A program made the translations under genes and the position numbers. 50,800 nt of DNA from a virus. Lineage: Duplodnaviria; Heunggongvirae; Uroviricota; Caudoviricetes. The stretch lies in IMG/VR virus record IMGVR_UViG_2563366874_000012, one strand, 5' to 3'. Under the pieces are notes generated by a model. That model did not search any database. It saw only the letters and a program-made list of their open reading frames with translations, and was not told where the DNA came from. This document shows positions 1 to 10,565 of the stretch, one piece after another (position 1 is the stretch's first letter; the number at the start of each line of letters is the position of its first letter).

Positions 1-1236
1 CTACGATAACCGCGCATTCAACATGGCTATCTGTTCGTCGTTCATGTCATCAATCCACATACCGTAAATTTCATACACCATCTGCGCAGTTTCATGCCCC
101 ATTTGGCTGGCTATAAATGCCGGGTTCGCTCCTGCCGTCAACAGCCAGCAGGCAAAAGTATGCCGCGTATGGTACGGATTACGGCGGCGAATACCAGCAC
201 GTTTTACTGCTGCATTCCACCTTGCCCCCAAACTGCTTACCGAGTAATAAGGTTTTTGTTTTCCGTTACACACCCTGGGCATGAAAACAAAATGCAGTTT
301 TTGCTTTTCGGTTCTGCCGTACTCCCGATGATAAAAGGTGATTTCGCTTTTGCGATGATGCCCGGTCAGTTTGTATTGCTCCTTCAGTGCTTCAAGAGCA
401 GGCTGCAGTAGTGTTACTGTTCGGATCCCGGCATTTGTTTTTGGGGGACCGAACATATCAAGTATCGTCAGGTTTCTTCTGACATTCACTATTCCCTTTT
501 CGAGATCCACATCCTCCCACGCCAGAGCTGCCAGTTCCCCGTGACGAAGTCCTGAGTAAACGGCAAATTTCCACAAGTTCTGGCTCTGTCCTTTTTCACT
601 TTCCATTAATGCATTGAATTCTGTTTTAGATAACGGATCAGGCTTTATTCTGTTTCGCTGTAATTTTTTTACTCCTTCAAATGGTTTGGTTGATATAAAT
701 CCCGACTGATACGCAAAACGCAACAGCGAACAGAGCAGGGCGATATAGTTATCAACTGTGCGCACGGTTCTTCCTTTTTTGTTGGATCTTGGATTATCCA
801 GGTAAAGCGTTTCTCCATGCAGCAGTTCATTCCGGTAGTTTAAGATATCGCTATAACGAATATGTGATATCGGGGTACTTTCACAAATTATTATTCTGAG
901 TGTTTTTAATTGTGATTTCGTTTTCTTCATTGTGTTTGTTGTTAACTCTGTCTCTTTAATTTTTGTCCAGATATCACAAAGCTCTCCGAACGTTTTTATG
1001 ACTCTCGTTGTCACCATTTTTGCCCCAGTGCTGGACTGGGGAAAACGTCTTAAATACTCAAATTCACCGGAGTTTATTTCATGAACTATCAGCGCTCTTA
1101 AATTTCCGGCCTTTTTAATATTACTGTTTGTAATCTCCCAGCCTTTTAATGTTTCCCGACATCGTTTTCCTCGAAACATGAACCAGATGCGAATGTATCT
1201 ACCTCTAATCTCGACACCTGTTGGTAATTTAGACAT
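1..1236 (-). CDS. intR: Prophage integrase, tyrosine recombinase (Rac IntR-like), full length
   Basis: 412-codon ORF whose stop codon is window bases 1-3; N-terminus MSKLPTGVEIRGRYIRIWF; C-terminal region typical of lambda-family integrases; excisionase-like gene directly upstream. Confidence 0.9.
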   Translation of the reverse strand: MSKLPTGVEIRGRYIRIWFMFRGKRCRETLKGWEITNSNIKKAGNLRALIVHEINSGEFEYLRRFPQSSTGAKMVTTRVIKTFGELCDIWTKIKETELTTNTMKKTKSQLKTLRIIICESTPISHIRYSDILNYRNELLHGETLYLDNPRSNKKGRTVRTVDNYIALLCSLLRFAYQSGFISTKPFEGVKKLQRNRIKPDPLSKTEFNALMESEKGQSQNLWKFAVYSGLRHGELAALAWEDVDLEKGIVNVRRNLTILDMFGPPKTNAGIRTVTLLQPALEALKEQYKLTGHHRKSEITFYHREYGRTEKQKLHFVFMPRVCNGKQKPYYSVSSLGARWNAAVKRAGIRRRNPYHTRHTFACWLLTAGANPAFIASQMGHETAQMVYEIYGMWIDDMNDEQIAMLNARLS

Positions 1237-1237
1237 A

Positions 1238-1453
1238 TCATGAGTCTTTGATAAACTGATTTATCTTTGGATAGTTGTACCAGATAATCCCTCGTTTGCT
1301 GTCTGGCTTACCTAAAGGAGATACTCGTTTGAAGTGGAAGCCCTCCACCCAACAGTTCTGGCGGTATGCTTCAATTTGTCTGGCCCCCAGACCAGTGCGA
1401 AGCATCAGGCCGTATTCAACCATCCACTCTTCATTAAAGATTACTTGTGCCAT
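1238..1453 (-). CDS. ydaQ: Excisionase-like small DNA-binding protein (YdaQ/Xis-like)
   Basis: 71-aa [33 protein letters not shown]... placed immediately upstream of int, the canonical xis position. Confidence 0.7.
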   Translation of the reverse strand: MAQVIFNEEWMVEYGLMLRTGLGARQIEAYRQNCWVEGFHFKRVSPLGKPDSKRGIIWYNYPKINQFIKDS

Positions 1454-1531
1454 CGCATCACCTCTGGCAGGCGCCAATGTTAGACTGAAATTGACGCCCG
1501 ATGTTGATTATTAATAATCAGCTATGAAGTT

Positions 1532-1741
1532 TTAATTTGAATACAATGCAATTCTCGAGGACTGAAGTTTCTCGCAATTAAAATTTATCAGTTTTACTTT
1601 CTGCTCTCTGGAAACGCCTGCTTCTTTTTTACCTGAGAGCATTTTTTCGCATTCTGATTTCGTTAGTTTAGATTTTGAATATCTTGTCCAGTTAGTAGGA
1701 GTGCCACCTTCCTTTTCAATAGTGGCGGTAATTTTATACAT
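1532..1741 (-). CDS. ydaC: Small Rac protein YdaC-like
   Basis: 69-aa ORF MYKITATIEKEGGTPTNW...; GGAGGTG Shine-Dalgarno 6 nt upstream of the chosen ATG; overlaps ralR stop. Confidence 0.6.
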   Translation of the reverse strand: MYKITATIEKEGGTPTNWTRYSKSKLTKSECEKMLSGKKEAGVSREQKVKLINFNCEKLQSSRIALYSN

Positions 1742-1928
1742 GAACACCTCCATTATTATTTCCAGTGGTTCGTTTATTCCATCTTTCGAGTGCTTCTTTT
1801 TCACTTCCACCATAACCGGTTCGGGATTCGCATCCGTTACACTTCGCTCGGTAATATCCTGAAATGGCTTTCACCGTTACTGATGGACAACCACAAAATG
1901 GACATGGTTTAACATTGTCATATCTCAT
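1734..1928 (-). CDS. ralR: Restriction alleviation protein Lar/RalR
   Basis: 64-aa ORF MRYDNVKPCPFCGCPSVTVKAISGYYRAKCNGCESRTGYGG with Cys-rich motif; position upstream of recT as in Rac. Confidence 0.8.
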   Translation of the reverse strand: MRYDNVKPCPFCGCPSVTVKAISGYYRAKCNGCESRTGYGGSEKEALERWNKRTTGNNNGGVHV

Positions 1929-1984
1929 AATTTTTCTCATAAAAAATATTTCAAGTTGGCGGTGCATTACACCGCCAGGCTGAA

Positions 1985-2794
1985 TTATTCCTCTGAATTA
2001 TCGATTACACTGTATTCCCCGGTTAATACAGAGGAATCTGCAGGATCGATTGTCAGTGGTTCCTTTTCATCCATTGATACTGCACGCTGGATCTCAATTG
2101 ATACGGGCAGATATTTGAACAGGCGACGAATAGCCGTTTTCTTTGCCATTTCTTCCCAGTGAGTTACCCACGGCCCGTTATTACCAGCTTTACTCAGGCT
2201 GCGCACCAGCTCAATCTGTTTGCGCGTCATAACTTCAAACTGAGTACCTCCGTCTTTCAGTCTTGCGACAGCATAGACGTGGGTAACCGGGGCATCTTCG
2301 TTTTCTCCCGGGCGGTGTATTAACTTTTCATCAAGGCCAAATTCGAAGCTAAACTCGTCACCTTCACGGACAACACGGGCTGACAGGCTGGCGATTTGAC
2401 CAGAACGGCGAGCCAGATCAATCATGCCGCGATAGCCAATGATTAGCTGAACGTTCTTTTTACCGCTCTTTTCGTTTTTATTACCAAAAGGCAGTAAATA
2501 TGCATGACCGAGGGCGCTACCTGGCTCAAGTCCGAGCTGTGAACACTGTACGATCGCACTGACAAAACTCATAGTGTCACAGTTTCCTAACGCCGGAACT
2601 TTACGAATTTCTGTAGTGGCGATACGGATCATACGTTCAGCCGTCATATGGCGTGGAAGAGCTGCTGCCAGTTGCTCTTTCATTGATGGCTGGTTAATAA
2701 AACTAATCACGTCGCTATTTTTAACTGCTGCTGGTGCACGGTTTCCCTGAGTTTTTTGCAGATCGGCTTTTGCGATTGGTGGTTGCTTAGTCAT
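1985..2794 (-). CDS. recT: RecT single-strand annealing recombinase
   Basis: 269-aa product [24 protein letters not shown]...; immediately downstream of recE on the same strand. Confidence 0.9.
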   Translation of the reverse strand: MTKQPPIAKADLQKTQGNRAPAAVKNSDVISFINQPSMKEQLAAALPRHMTAERMIRIATTEIRKVPALGNCDTMSFVSAIVQCSQLGLEPGSALGHAYLLPFGNKNEKSGKKNVQLIIGYRGMIDLARRSGQIASLSARVVREGDEFSFEFGLDEKLIHRPGENEDAPVTHVYAVARLKDGGTQFEVMTRKQIELVRSLSKAGNNGPWVTHWEEMAKKTAIRRLFKYLPVSIEIQRAVSMDEKEPLTIDPADSSVLTGEYSVIDNSEE

Positions 2795-5387
2795 TTGCAT
2801 ATTCCTTAGCCCAGCGGGGCAGTGATAATGTCTTAATAGCTGGCCATTCATCGGTATTCAGGCAGTCAGACAGGGTTCGCAGATTGCGGTGATATTCCTG
2901 TTGACCTGCCAGTTTTGCTTCTTCGCCCATCATGAAAATTTCAACCGGATAACGTCCGCATTCAATAGTTGTGCTGGCAACCAGAAAAACGAAAGTTGGC
3001 TGCACTCCAAACAGTGCTTCATAACCGTCACTGTAGAATGCATCCTGAACGTGATAGCGGTAGTCGTAATAAGCGGTTTTGAATCGTTGAATATCCGCCG
3101 TAGTTTTCACGTCCATGATCCAGTGAAATTCAGGGATAATTTTGTCCGGACGGCACCGACACAAAATTCCTGTTTCAGGATCTTCCCAGTAAATTGATGA
3201 TTCAGCGTGTCCGGCGCTTTCAACAAGCCATTGCCCCAGCGGCAAAGCCATAACGCTTTGATACATGAGTTCAATTTTCCGGCCTTCTTCCGCAGTGATA
3301 ACCGTTTTTCCTGTGCTTGCGCATTCCATCAGAAACGCTTTCTCTTCTTCTTTTCCGGCGTTTGTACGGCGGTTAAATTCAGGTGCTACGATAAAGCGGT
3401 TACTGAATTCTTCCGGTTCAAGTACCCGGCAGTGGAAAGCAGTTCCTAAATCGAGCGTTTTTGTCTTTGTGGTGTCCACGGGGGCATTTTTACGCCACAA
3501 ATATAGTGCCGGAGTATCAGCAATGTCATCGAGCTGAGACTTACTGATACCGGGACCCGCGTGGTAATTCTCATTCGAAATTCCGTAATAAATACCTGGC
3601 TCTATGTCTTCTACGATTACGGGATCTGCGACTTCGCCAGTTTCATCACTGCAATCGTGATGCGGATCGCTGCCAGCATTCTCATTGTGCGGATGTTCAG
3701 CGCCTTCCATTTCCTCCGGATCATTTTCCTTAGCTTCAACCTGACTCTCTTCATCGAATGTTTCCTGGTATGTTGCGTCGCCCATCACCGCACCACAGTC
3801 AGGGCAGTTATCCCCGCCAGTCTGGCCGCAGGCATTGCAGGCTATTTCCGGTTCCTGTTGCACTACTGGCTCAGGTTGATTCATATCTGGGCTGGTTTTT
3901 TCCGTTTCTGGCTGGTTCTGGTACACACAATCGCGAGTCTGGATCCCCTTTACCCATTTCGGATCGTTCGGGTCGCTAATTCCGTCAACAAATTCACCAC
4001 GTGATGCAGCAAGCAATTTATCGGCATCGACAGGATTTTTTGATGGAATGTTTTTCCGGGCTTCATGGAGTTCTGCCCGCAGTTCCTGATATTTCGCATC
4101 AACAGAATTTACCTGTGACTGAGCATCCAGCGGCTGCGTGTCCTGATGATGTTCAGTTGCGTCCGGTTCCATTGTTTCAGCCTCTCCCTGTTCAACTGCC
4201 GTTGTTCCAGATGGTTGCGGTTTTTCTTCATCATCCTGTTTTCCTTCTTCTGTTACTCGCTGCGGCATCGGGGCAGAGGAGCGACTGCAGGCAATATCCA
4301 CGATTTCCGGATCAGGGTTGGCATGATCGGTTTCAGTCAGTACTTTGTTCAGATATTCAGTGACGTGCGCGGGGATGACCTCGATCCCAATTGGTGCTTC
4401 TTTTACGGACGCAACCACGATGGCGCGGGAATAATCCAGCCCGCCAGGCATGGTGATGAATTTGTCGCGGAAAACAGAAAAGGGCGGTTTATTTTCAGCG
4501 ATAATTTCCTCAATGCGTTTAGCGTGTGCCGGATGAAGGTTATAGATGTCCAGATCCATTGAACGGGCCAGTACGCCAGTGGCTACGTCGCGCGCCAGTG
4601 ACGTCAGATCGTGTACGAAACCTTCGCCGCGATCGGTGAGGTTTCCGCCGCCAGCATTAGCACCGGAAGCCGTGCGAGTGATGTGTGAAACACGATTACC
4701 CTTCATCCACTCTTTTGTCAGCAGTCCTCGATCGGTGTAGTCAGCGTTCAGGTATGCTTCGAAAAAAGCAGTTATCAGTCCCAGGTTTGAATTACCAGGA
4801 TTAGGGAAAACTTTGTCAGTGTCACGAACCAGTTTGTGGAGTTCGCGAATTTCCAGCGGGTCGAGCAGGCTGGTTTTGTGGGAAACAGCCAGGGCAGTAA
4901 CAGCCGGTAGTTCTTCAGCCCGAGCAATGTGTAATGCCTGGAGTCCGTCGCGTGAAACGTGCGTTACCGGTTTTTCGCTGCCGTGTTGAGCAAGCCAACG
5001 AATGGGCAGTTCCTGGCCAGAAATTGGGAGTAGCATATTCTCCTCAATCTCAGTCATGTCTTCGCCGTTGACGTTGGTATTGCCTTGATAATGAGCGTTG
5101 TCTGGTGCTGCTCCCGGTTTTAGTTCCCATGTCATGGAGTCTTTGCTGAGTTGATAGCGTTCACTCCAGGTAAAATCGATCTCACCTTCAGCGGGCAGGT
5201 CATTAACGACAGGAAAATTCGTGGCAACAGCTTTAAAATAGCTGCTCAGTTTTTTACCTGACTTAACGATCAGGTAGTCCAGAGTGGCACAGGTCGATTC
5301 AAAATCGTTGCTTGCCCACAGGACGACGTCAGGTTCACCGGATGATTTTTTCGCTTTCCGTAACAGGAAGAGTGGTTTTGTGCTCAT
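2787..5387 (-). CDS. recE: RecE exodeoxyribonuclease VIII
   Basis: 866-aa ORF, same length as Rac RecE; acidic central region and C-terminal nuclease domain; recE-recT operon arrangement. Confidence 0.9.
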   Translation of the reverse strand: MSTKPLFLLRKAKKSSGEPDVVLWASNDFESTCATLDYLIVKSGKKLSSYFKAVATNFPVVNDLPAEGEIDFTWSERYQLSKDSMTWELKPGAAPDNAHYQGNTNVNGEDMTEIEENMLLPISGQELPIRWLAQHGSEKPVTHVSRDGLQALHIARAEELPAVTALAVSHKTSLLDPLEIRELHKLVRDTDKVFPNPGNSNLGLITAFFEAYLNADYTDRGLLTKEWMKGNRVSHITRTASGANAGGGNLTDRGEGFVHDLTSLARDVATGVLARSMDLDIYNLHPAHAKRIEEIIAENKPPFSVFRDKFITMPGGLDYSRAIVVASVKEAPIGIEVIPAHVTEYLNKVLTETDHANPDPEIVDIACSRSSAPMPQRVTEEGKQDDEEKPQPSGTTAVEQGEAETMEPDATEHHQDTQPLDAQSQVNSVDAKYQELRAELHEARKNIPSKNPVDADKLLAASRGEFVDGISDPNDPKWVKGIQTRDCVYQNQPETEKTSPDMNQPEPVVQQEPEIACNACGQTGGDNCPDCGAVMGDATYQETFDEESQVEAKENDPEEMEGAEHPHNENAGSDPHHDCSDETGEVADPVIVEDIEPGIYYGISNENYHAGPGISKSQLDDIADTPALYLWRKNAPVDTTKTKTLDLGTAFHCRVLEPEEFSNRFIVAPEFNRRTNAGKEEEKAFLMECASTGKTVITAEEGRKIELMYQSVMALPLGQWLVESAGHAESSIYWEDPETGILCRCRPDKIIPEFHWIMDVKTTADIQRFKTAYYDYRYHVQDAFYSDGYEALFGVQPTFVFLVASTTIECGRYPVEIFMMGEEAKLAGQQEYHRNLRTLSDCLNTDEWPAIKTLSLPRWAKEYAND

Positions 5388-5488
5388 TGTTTTTTAACCT
5401 CAACTCAGATTAAAATTCGTTTTGTTCAGTGAATGATCTTGCCGGATACACACTGTTCATAGCCTGCGCCATACGCAGGCTATTTCTT

Positions 5489-5764
5489 TCAGATTTCACC
5501 TTTTAATTTCATTGCAATTAGAGTTGCCAGAAATTCGGCTTTTTTTTCTGCGGGCAGATTCTTTCCGATATGCACCAGGCACATTTTTTTGACACCTTCA
5601 TCAAGTGTTTTTACGTTGCCTGATGGACCATCGATATCAACCACAGTGAATGGGGTTTCTTTATTTTCTGTTTTAATTACGTAGCCAATGCGCTTTCCTT
5701 CCAGATTCACCTCGTGAACAATGTCATCGGTAGTTACAACAGTGGCTTCATAATTGGTAATCAT
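5489..5764 (-). CDS. racC: RacC small protein
   Basis: 91-aa product MITNYEATVVTTDDIVHEVNLEGKRIGYVIK...; AAGGAG SD 7 nt upstream of ATG. Confidence 0.75.
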   Translation of the reverse strand: MITNYEATVVTTDDIVHEVNLEGKRIGYVIKTENKETPFTVVDIDGPSGNVKTLDEGVKKMCLVHIGKNLPAEKKAEFLATLIAMKLKGEI

Positions 5765-5838
5765 GTTTTTCTCCTTAATTAAGGTTGAGCGAATACCTGC
5801 CATTTCTGGCATAAATTCAGTTTCGAATAGTCAATTAA

Positions 5839-6009
5839 TTAAAGTTCATGTGCCATCTGGTCTTTTTCGGCACAAGCTTCACTGCAATATTTTCTCGGTT
5901 CGTCTTTTGATAAAATCCCGTGCATGAAGTGAAGCATTCTTTCAATAGCTTTGCTTTCTTCAACGTCTTTTTTGCAAAGGTGGTAAGCACATTTTATTTT
6001 CTTAGTCAT
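5839..6009 (-). CDS. ydaE: Small Cys/His-rich (zinc-binding type) protein YdaE-like
   Basis: 56-aa [59 protein letters not shown]; start overlaps kilR stop by 1 nt (TGATG). Confidence 0.6.
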   Translation of the reverse strand: MTKKIKCAYHLCKKDVEESKAIERMLHFMHGILSKDEPRKYCSEACAEKDQMAHEL

Positions 6010-6230
6010 CACCATGACTCCGCCTTTACAGGTAAACCATCACAACCGAGGAAGACTTTAATCATGCGGTCAGTAATGCATGTTTTTGTGGTCAGGTTAC
6101 GAATATATAGTTTTCGCTTTTTAATATTGTTTGCCGAGGCAATATATGTCCGGCCTTCATGAAGAACATAATCGCCAGGAGTCACACACTGACGTGGTAT
6201 TTCATCAGTTCCGAAGTGATGTGCAATCAT
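6009..6230 (-). CDS. kilR: KilR cell-division inhibitor (FtsZ-targeting kil protein)
   Basis: 73-aa [52 protein letters not shown]...; Rac gene order. Confidence 0.75.
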   Translation of the reverse strand: MIAHHFGTDEIPRQCVTPGDYVLHEGRTYIASANNIKKRKLYIRNLTTKTCITDRMIKVFLGCDGLPVKAESW

Positions 6231-6671
6231 AATTATCTCCATTTTTACAAATGAATTTTGTTGATGCGGTGCCTGGTGCCTCCAGGTGACTGCAACCAGT
6301 TAACAATTACAGTCGGCTTTCCCACCCAAACCAATAAGGACTAACATGACTTTTAACTGTGCCACGTGCGCTTAGCCGCATTCACCGCATCACAAAATTC
6401 ACTTTAAAAAGGGCGGACATCAGCCGAACTTCAAGAAAAAAACTGATGCCGCCAGGACTACACACAGCAATGTCGTTATTTACAACCGGAGGCGCACTCC
6501 CACCATTTAAATTTAACAGACAAGACCGACTCTTTATGGATATCGGAAATGCGCCTTCGTGTTGTGCCCGGTTTTATTTCACCACCTCCGGGCTTCGGTG
6601 GTCTCGGCTATACCCCTACAGCGAGAGCTTGTGTTAACATTTCAATACCCTTACAGTTGAGAGTTATTGAT

Positions 6672-7160
6672 ATGTTGGATGTATTTACTCCATTGTTGAA
6701 ACTTTTTGCTAACGAGCCACTCGAAAGACTTATGTATACGATTATCATTTTTGGTCTCACTCTCTGGCTGATACCGAAAGAGTTTGCTGTCGCATTCAAT
6801 GCTTATACTGAAATACCCTGGCTCTTTCAGATTATCGTTTTTGCCTTTTCTTTCGTGGTCGCTATTTCCTTCTCAAGATTGCGAGCACATATTCAAAAGC
6901 ATTATTCATTGCTACCAGAGCAACGAGTATTGCTTCGTTTATCTGAGAAAGAAATCGCTGTATTTAAAGATTTCCTTAAAACAGGAAATCTTATTATCAC
7001 TTCTCCTTGCCGTAACCCGGTTATGAAAAAATTAGAACGGAAGGGCATCATTCAACATCAGAGTGATAGCGCAAACTGTTCTTATTATCTCGTCACCGAA
7101 AAATACTCCCACTTTATGAAGTTATTCTGGAACAGCAGGAGCAGGCGTTTTAATCGTTAG
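6672..7160 (+). CDS. sieB: Superinfection exclusion protein SieB
   Basis: 162-aa membrane protein MLDVFTPLLKLFANEPLERLMYTIIIFGLTLWLIPKEF...; located between kil and the immunity region. Confidence 0.8.
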   Translation: MLDVFTPLLKLFANEPLERLMYTIIIFGLTLWLIPKEFAVAFNAYTEIPWLFQIIVFAFSFVVAISFSRLRAHIQKHYSLLPEQRVLLRLSEKEIAVFKDFLKTGNLIITSPCRNPVMKKLERKGIIQHQSDSANCSYYLVTEKYSHFMKLFWNSRSRRFNR

Positions 7161-7312
7161 CTTACTGTGTGCTTCTCCAACCATCGTCGTGCGCCAGCTT
7201 CGGTTTTAAACGTTTTGCTTTTGGTATACGTCATGGCAGTGAACGTTCCATCCTGGTTGGGGAACACGCCGCACACCAGGGATTCGTTATTGCCGAGGTC
7301 GATTTTTTGCAT
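7158..7312 (-). pseudogene. ydaF: ydaF-like small ORF split across two frames by a 1-nt length change in a homopolymer run
   Basis: From ATG 7312(-): MQKIDLGNNESLVCGVF, then the frame ends after 9 more codons; the -1 frame continues NQDGTFTAMTYTKSKTFKTEAGARRWLEKHTVS*. Break maps to GGG at 7260-7262 (+ strand). Confidence 0.45.
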
Positions 7313-7322
7313 TTTTCGCACC

Positions 7323-7457
7323 TCACATCTTGTTGTTGCGGATAGAGGCTTCTGCCTGCCAGAGATCCCAGTCGTTGCTGCGTAGAGCCTGTACAGCCTG
7401 GCTGTAAGTGATATCGCAACAATCCATCAAATACTGAACTACTTCGTAATGCACCAT
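7323..7457 (-). CDS. ydaG: Small Rac protein YdaG-like
   Basis: 44-aa ORF MVHYEVVQYLMDCCDITYSQAVQALRSNDWDLWQAEASIRNNKM. Confidence 0.6.
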   Translation of the reverse strand: MVHYEVVQYLMDCCDITYSQAVQALRSNDWDLWQAEASIRNNKM

Positions 7458-7624
7458 CTTATCTCTCCCCTTAACGCCGGGTGGCGGAACTGAAACCTGC
7501 TGCACTGCAAAATCTGAACCCTGCCGTCATGTTCATACGCCTCGGGCTGGCTACTTAACCCCTGACCACTGCCTGGTAACTCGAAGTATTGCCCTGCGTT
7601 CTGTGGGGCGGGGTGGGTTGGTAG

Positions 7625-7690
7625 GTATATGATGTACTTTGTGTTCATTGATGTAAAGTACTTTAAGTACATTTTGTGTGTAAAAAAATG
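7625..7690. promoter_or_regulatory. Operator-like repeat cluster downstream of racR (OL-type region)
   Basis: Repeated GTACTTT / AAGTACA motifs (gatgtactttgtg ... aaagtactttaagtacatttt) resembling the ATGTACT motifs on the other side of racR. Confidence 0.35.
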
Positions 7691-7747
7691 AGATGGGATA
7701 AAGTGAAGCACAAACCCGGAGGGGGGAGCTACCGGATTTATGCTGGT

Positions 7748-8167
7748 TTAAGAGGCTTTTTGTTTTTTCTTTCGTGCTAACTCTTCGTAAATTGCATTGT
7801 ACTTCTGTTTTTTCTCCTCAAGAGTTTTTAAAAGTTCATCTGTCTCACTGTCAGGGAGCTCGTCCAGAAGGTCAATGATGATTTTTTGTCTTGGATTTAA
7901 CTCCTGATAGAAACGTACCTGTCCACTTTCTTCTGTATCCTCTCCCAAAAGATAGGTTGGTGTTGTTCCAATGAGTGTTGCTAATTCCCTTAATTTCTCT
8001 CGGCGAGGAATTGTTTCGCCATTAAACCATTTGCTAACCGCTTTTGGTGTTAATTTCATTCGACGGGCAATTTCTGCCTGCCTTCCATGTTGTTCATAAC
8101 CAGCGTTTTCACAGGCTAGCGCAAGCCTACTGGCGAACTCTTTACGCGCTTTATCTTCATGAACCAT
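7748..8167 (-). CDS. racR: Prophage repressor RacR (CI-like, HTH)
   Basis: 139-aa ORF with N-terminal HTH (ASRLALACENAGYEQHGRQAEIARRMKLTPKAVSKW); divergent from cro-like ydaS. Confidence 0.8.
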   Translation of the reverse strand: MVHEDKARKEFASRLALACENAGYEQHGRQAEIARRMKLTPKAVSKWFNGETIPRREKLRELATLIGTTPTYLLGEDTEESGQVRFYQELNPRQKIIIDLLDELPDSETDELLKTLEEKKQKYNAIYEELARKKKQKAS

Positions 8168-8246
8168 AAGTTCAATGATATTCGCTCTTGAATGTACTGT
8201 CAGTTCTGTTATAGCATGTACTCAAAGTTCACATTGTGAGGGTGAT
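8168..8246. promoter_or_regulatory. Divergent racR/ydaS promoter-operator region
   Basis: 79-bp spacer containing two ATGTACT copies (8192-8198, 8216-8222) and the palindrome TCACATTGTGA (8229-8239) just upstream of the ydaS SD. Confidence 0.5.
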
Positions 8247-8501
8247 ATGAACCAGAAAACACTTGAAGATGTAATCAAAACTGTTCGCGTTTCTGTTGTG
8301 GCCGACGTTTGTGGTGTCAGCCAAAGAGCAATCTACAAATGGATGGATAACGGAAAATTGCCTCGCACAGAATATACCGGCGAAACAAATTACGCTGAAA
8401 AAATCGCTCATGCATCAAACGGATTATTTTCTGCCGATGTAATTTTAACTATTGGCAGAAATAAAACTACTACGAAAAAGCTGATGGGAGTTGATTCATG
8501 A
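8247..8501 (+). CDS. ydaS: Cro-like DNA-binding protein YdaS
   Basis: 84-aa ORF MNQKTLEDVIKTVRVSVVADVCGVSQRAIYKWMDNGKLPR (HTH); GAGGG SD; divergent from repressor. Confidence 0.75.
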   Translation: MNQKTLEDVIKTVRVSVVADVCGVSQRAIYKWMDNGKLPRTEYTGETNYAEKIAHASNGLFSADVILTIGRNKTTTKKLMGVDS

Positions 8502-8920
8502 AAATCAAGCATGAGCACATCGAGTCAGTGTTGTTAGCCCTGGCAGCCGAAAAAGGGCAGGCATGGGTAGCCAATGCCATTACTGAAGAATATCTGCGCC
8601 AGGGGGGCGGCGAATTGCCCCTGGTACCAGGCAAGGACTGGAATAATCAGCAGAACATCTATCACCGTTGGTTAAAAGGTGAAACGGAAGCGCAAAGGGA
8701 AAAAATTCAGAAACTGATCCCTGCAATTCTGGCAATCCTTCCGCGCGAGCTGCGTCACCGACTCTGCATCTTCGATACCCTGGAACGCCGTGCATTACTG
8801 GCGGCGCAGGAAGCGTTAAGTACGGCAATTGATGCGCATGATGATGCAGTCCAGGCCGTTTACCGGAAAGCGCATTTCAGCGGCGGCGGGTCTTCCGACG
8901 ATTCTGTCATTGTTCATTAA
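8498..8920 (+). CDS. ydaT: YdaT-like protein (CII-position, toxic-when-derepressed partner of YdaS)
   Basis: 140-aa ORF MKIKHEHIESVLLALAAEKGQAWVANAITEEYLRQ...; start overlaps ydaS stop (ATGA). Confidence 0.7.
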   Translation: MKIKHEHIESVLLALAAEKGQAWVANAITEEYLRQGGGELPLVPGKDWNNQQNIYHRWLKGETEAQREKIQKLIPAILAILPRELRHRLCIFDTLERRALLAAQEALSTAIDAHDDAVQAVYRKAHFSGGGSSDDSVIVH

Positions 8921-8983
8921 GCAAAAGTTTCCATGCTGTTTGTGCTTATTCTAAGCAACCGGGCAGCATCATACGGGGCAATT

Positions 8984-9790
8984 ATGGCCGCATTACCATA
9001 CATGCAACTGTACATAGCTGATTACCTGGCTGACACCATGCATTTGTCAGCAGAGGAGCATGGTGCGTATTTGTTGCTGATGTTCAATTACTGGCAAACA
9101 GGAAAGCCAATACCTAAAAACAGGCTGGCAAAAATTGCCCGTCTGACTAACGAGCGATGGGCTGATGTTGAACCATCCTTGCAGGAGTTTTTTTGCGATA
9201 ACGGCGAGGAATGGGTGCATCTTCGGATTGAGGAAGATCTGGCATCAGTCAGGGAAAAATTAACCAAAAAATCAGCCGCAGGAAAAGCATCTGTTCAGGC
9301 CAGAAGAAGCAGAAAGGAAGCAGATGTTCAAACAAAACAAGAGAGAAATTTAACAGGTGTTCAAACAGATGTTGAAGTGGTGTTTGAACATGATGTCAAC
9401 ACAAAGGCAACTAATAAAGATACAGATAAAGATCTAAAAACAGATCCCCCCCTAAATCCCCCCCGGGGGAATCGAGGTGTCAAAAAGTTTGACCCTCTGG
9501 ATATTGCTTTGCCGAACTGGATTTCTGTCTCGCTTTGGCGTGAGTGGGTTGAATTTCGCCAGGCATTGCGAAAACCGATTCGAACGGAGCAGGGCGCTAA
9601 CGGGGCGATACGGGAGCTGGAAAAATTCCGCCAGCAGGGTTTTTCACCTGAGCAGGTGATTCGACACAGCATCGCCAATGAATACCAGGGCTTGTTCGCG
9701 CCGAAAGGTGTTCGACCTGAGACGTTACTCCGACAGGTTAACACCGTCTCGTTACCGGATAGTGCGATCCCGCCAGGCTTCAGGGGGTAA
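8984..9790 (+). CDS. ydaU: Replication initiation-type protein YdaU (O-protein position)
   Basis: ORF MAALPYMQLYIADYLADTMHLSAEEHGAYLLLMFNYWQTGKPIP...; the frame is open from 8933, so the start is uncertain; precedes DnaC-like gene. Confidence 0.65.
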   Translation: MAALPYMQLYIADYLADTMHLSAEEHGAYLLLMFNYWQTGKPIPKNRLAKIARLTNERWADVEPSLQEFFCDNGEEWVHLRIEEDLASVREKLTKKSAAGKASVQARRSRKEADVQTKQERNLTGVQTDVEVVFEHDVNTKATNKDTDKDLKTDPPLNPPRGNRGVKKFDPLDIALPNWISVSLWREWVEFRQALRKPIRTEQGANGAIRELEKFRQQGFSPEQVIRHSIANEYQGLFAPKGVRPETLLRQVNTVSLPDSAIPPGFRG

Positions 9791-9796
9791 CTGACC

Positions 9797-10543
9797 ATGA
9801 AAAATATTGCGACAGGCGATGTTCTTGAACGTATCCGCAGACTGGCCCCGTCACATGTAACCGCGCCATTCAAGACGGTAGCGGAGTGGCGCGAGTGGCA
9901 ACTTTCCGAAGGCCAGAAACGTTGTGAGGAGATCAACCGTCAGAATCGTCAGTTGCGGGTGGAAAAAATTCTGAATCGCTCTGGCATCCAGCCATTGCAC
10001 CGCAAATGCTCGTTTTCGAATTACCAGGTGCAGAACGAAGGGCAGCGATACGCGTTGAGTCAGGCGAAATCCATCGCTGATGAACTGATGACCGGGTGTA
10101 CAAATTTTGCGTTCAGCGGAAAACCTGGTACCGGGAAGAACCACTTAGCGGCAGCTATCGGGAATCGCCTGCTGAAAGACGGTCAGACAGTGATTGTGGT
10201 TACCGTGGCTGATGTTATGAGTGCCCTGCACGCCAGCTATGACGATGGGCAGTCAGGCGAAAAATTTTTGCGGGAACTGTGCGAAGTGGATCTGCTGGTT
10301 CTTGATGAAATTGGCATTCAGCGCGAGACGAAAAACGAGCAGGTGGTACTGCACCAGATTGTTGATCGCCGGACAGCGTCGATGCGCAGCGTGGGGATGC
10401 TGACAAACCTGAACTATGAGGCCATGAAAACATTGCTCGGCGAGCGGATTATGGATCGCATGACCATGAACGGCGGGCGATGGGTGAATTTTAACTGGGA
10501 GAGCTGGCGTCCGAATGTCGTCCAGCCAGGAATTGCGAAGTAA
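9797..10543 (+). CDS. ydaV: DnaC-like helicase loader / replication ATPase YdaV
   Basis: 248-aa ORF with Walker [16 protein letters not shown] and Walker [10 protein letters not shown]. Confidence 0.85.
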
Positions 10544-10565
10544 TTTTTACCGGGAGAAAAATTTA

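Noticed and set aside
2889-5387. Several ORFs of 64-147 codons on the plus strand inside recE (2889-3197, 3207-3449, 3265-3537, 3561-4004, 3758-3979, 4001-4363, 4146-4562, 4546-4740)
   Set aside because: All are antisense to, and fully contained in, the well-supported 866-codon recE frame. Their translations are low-complexity and they lack ribosome-binding sites.
9361-10433. Minus-strand ORFs (191, 97 and 72 codons) opposite ydaU and ydaV
   Set aside because: They are antisense to replication genes with clear motifs, and no ribosome-binding site or conservation argument supports them.
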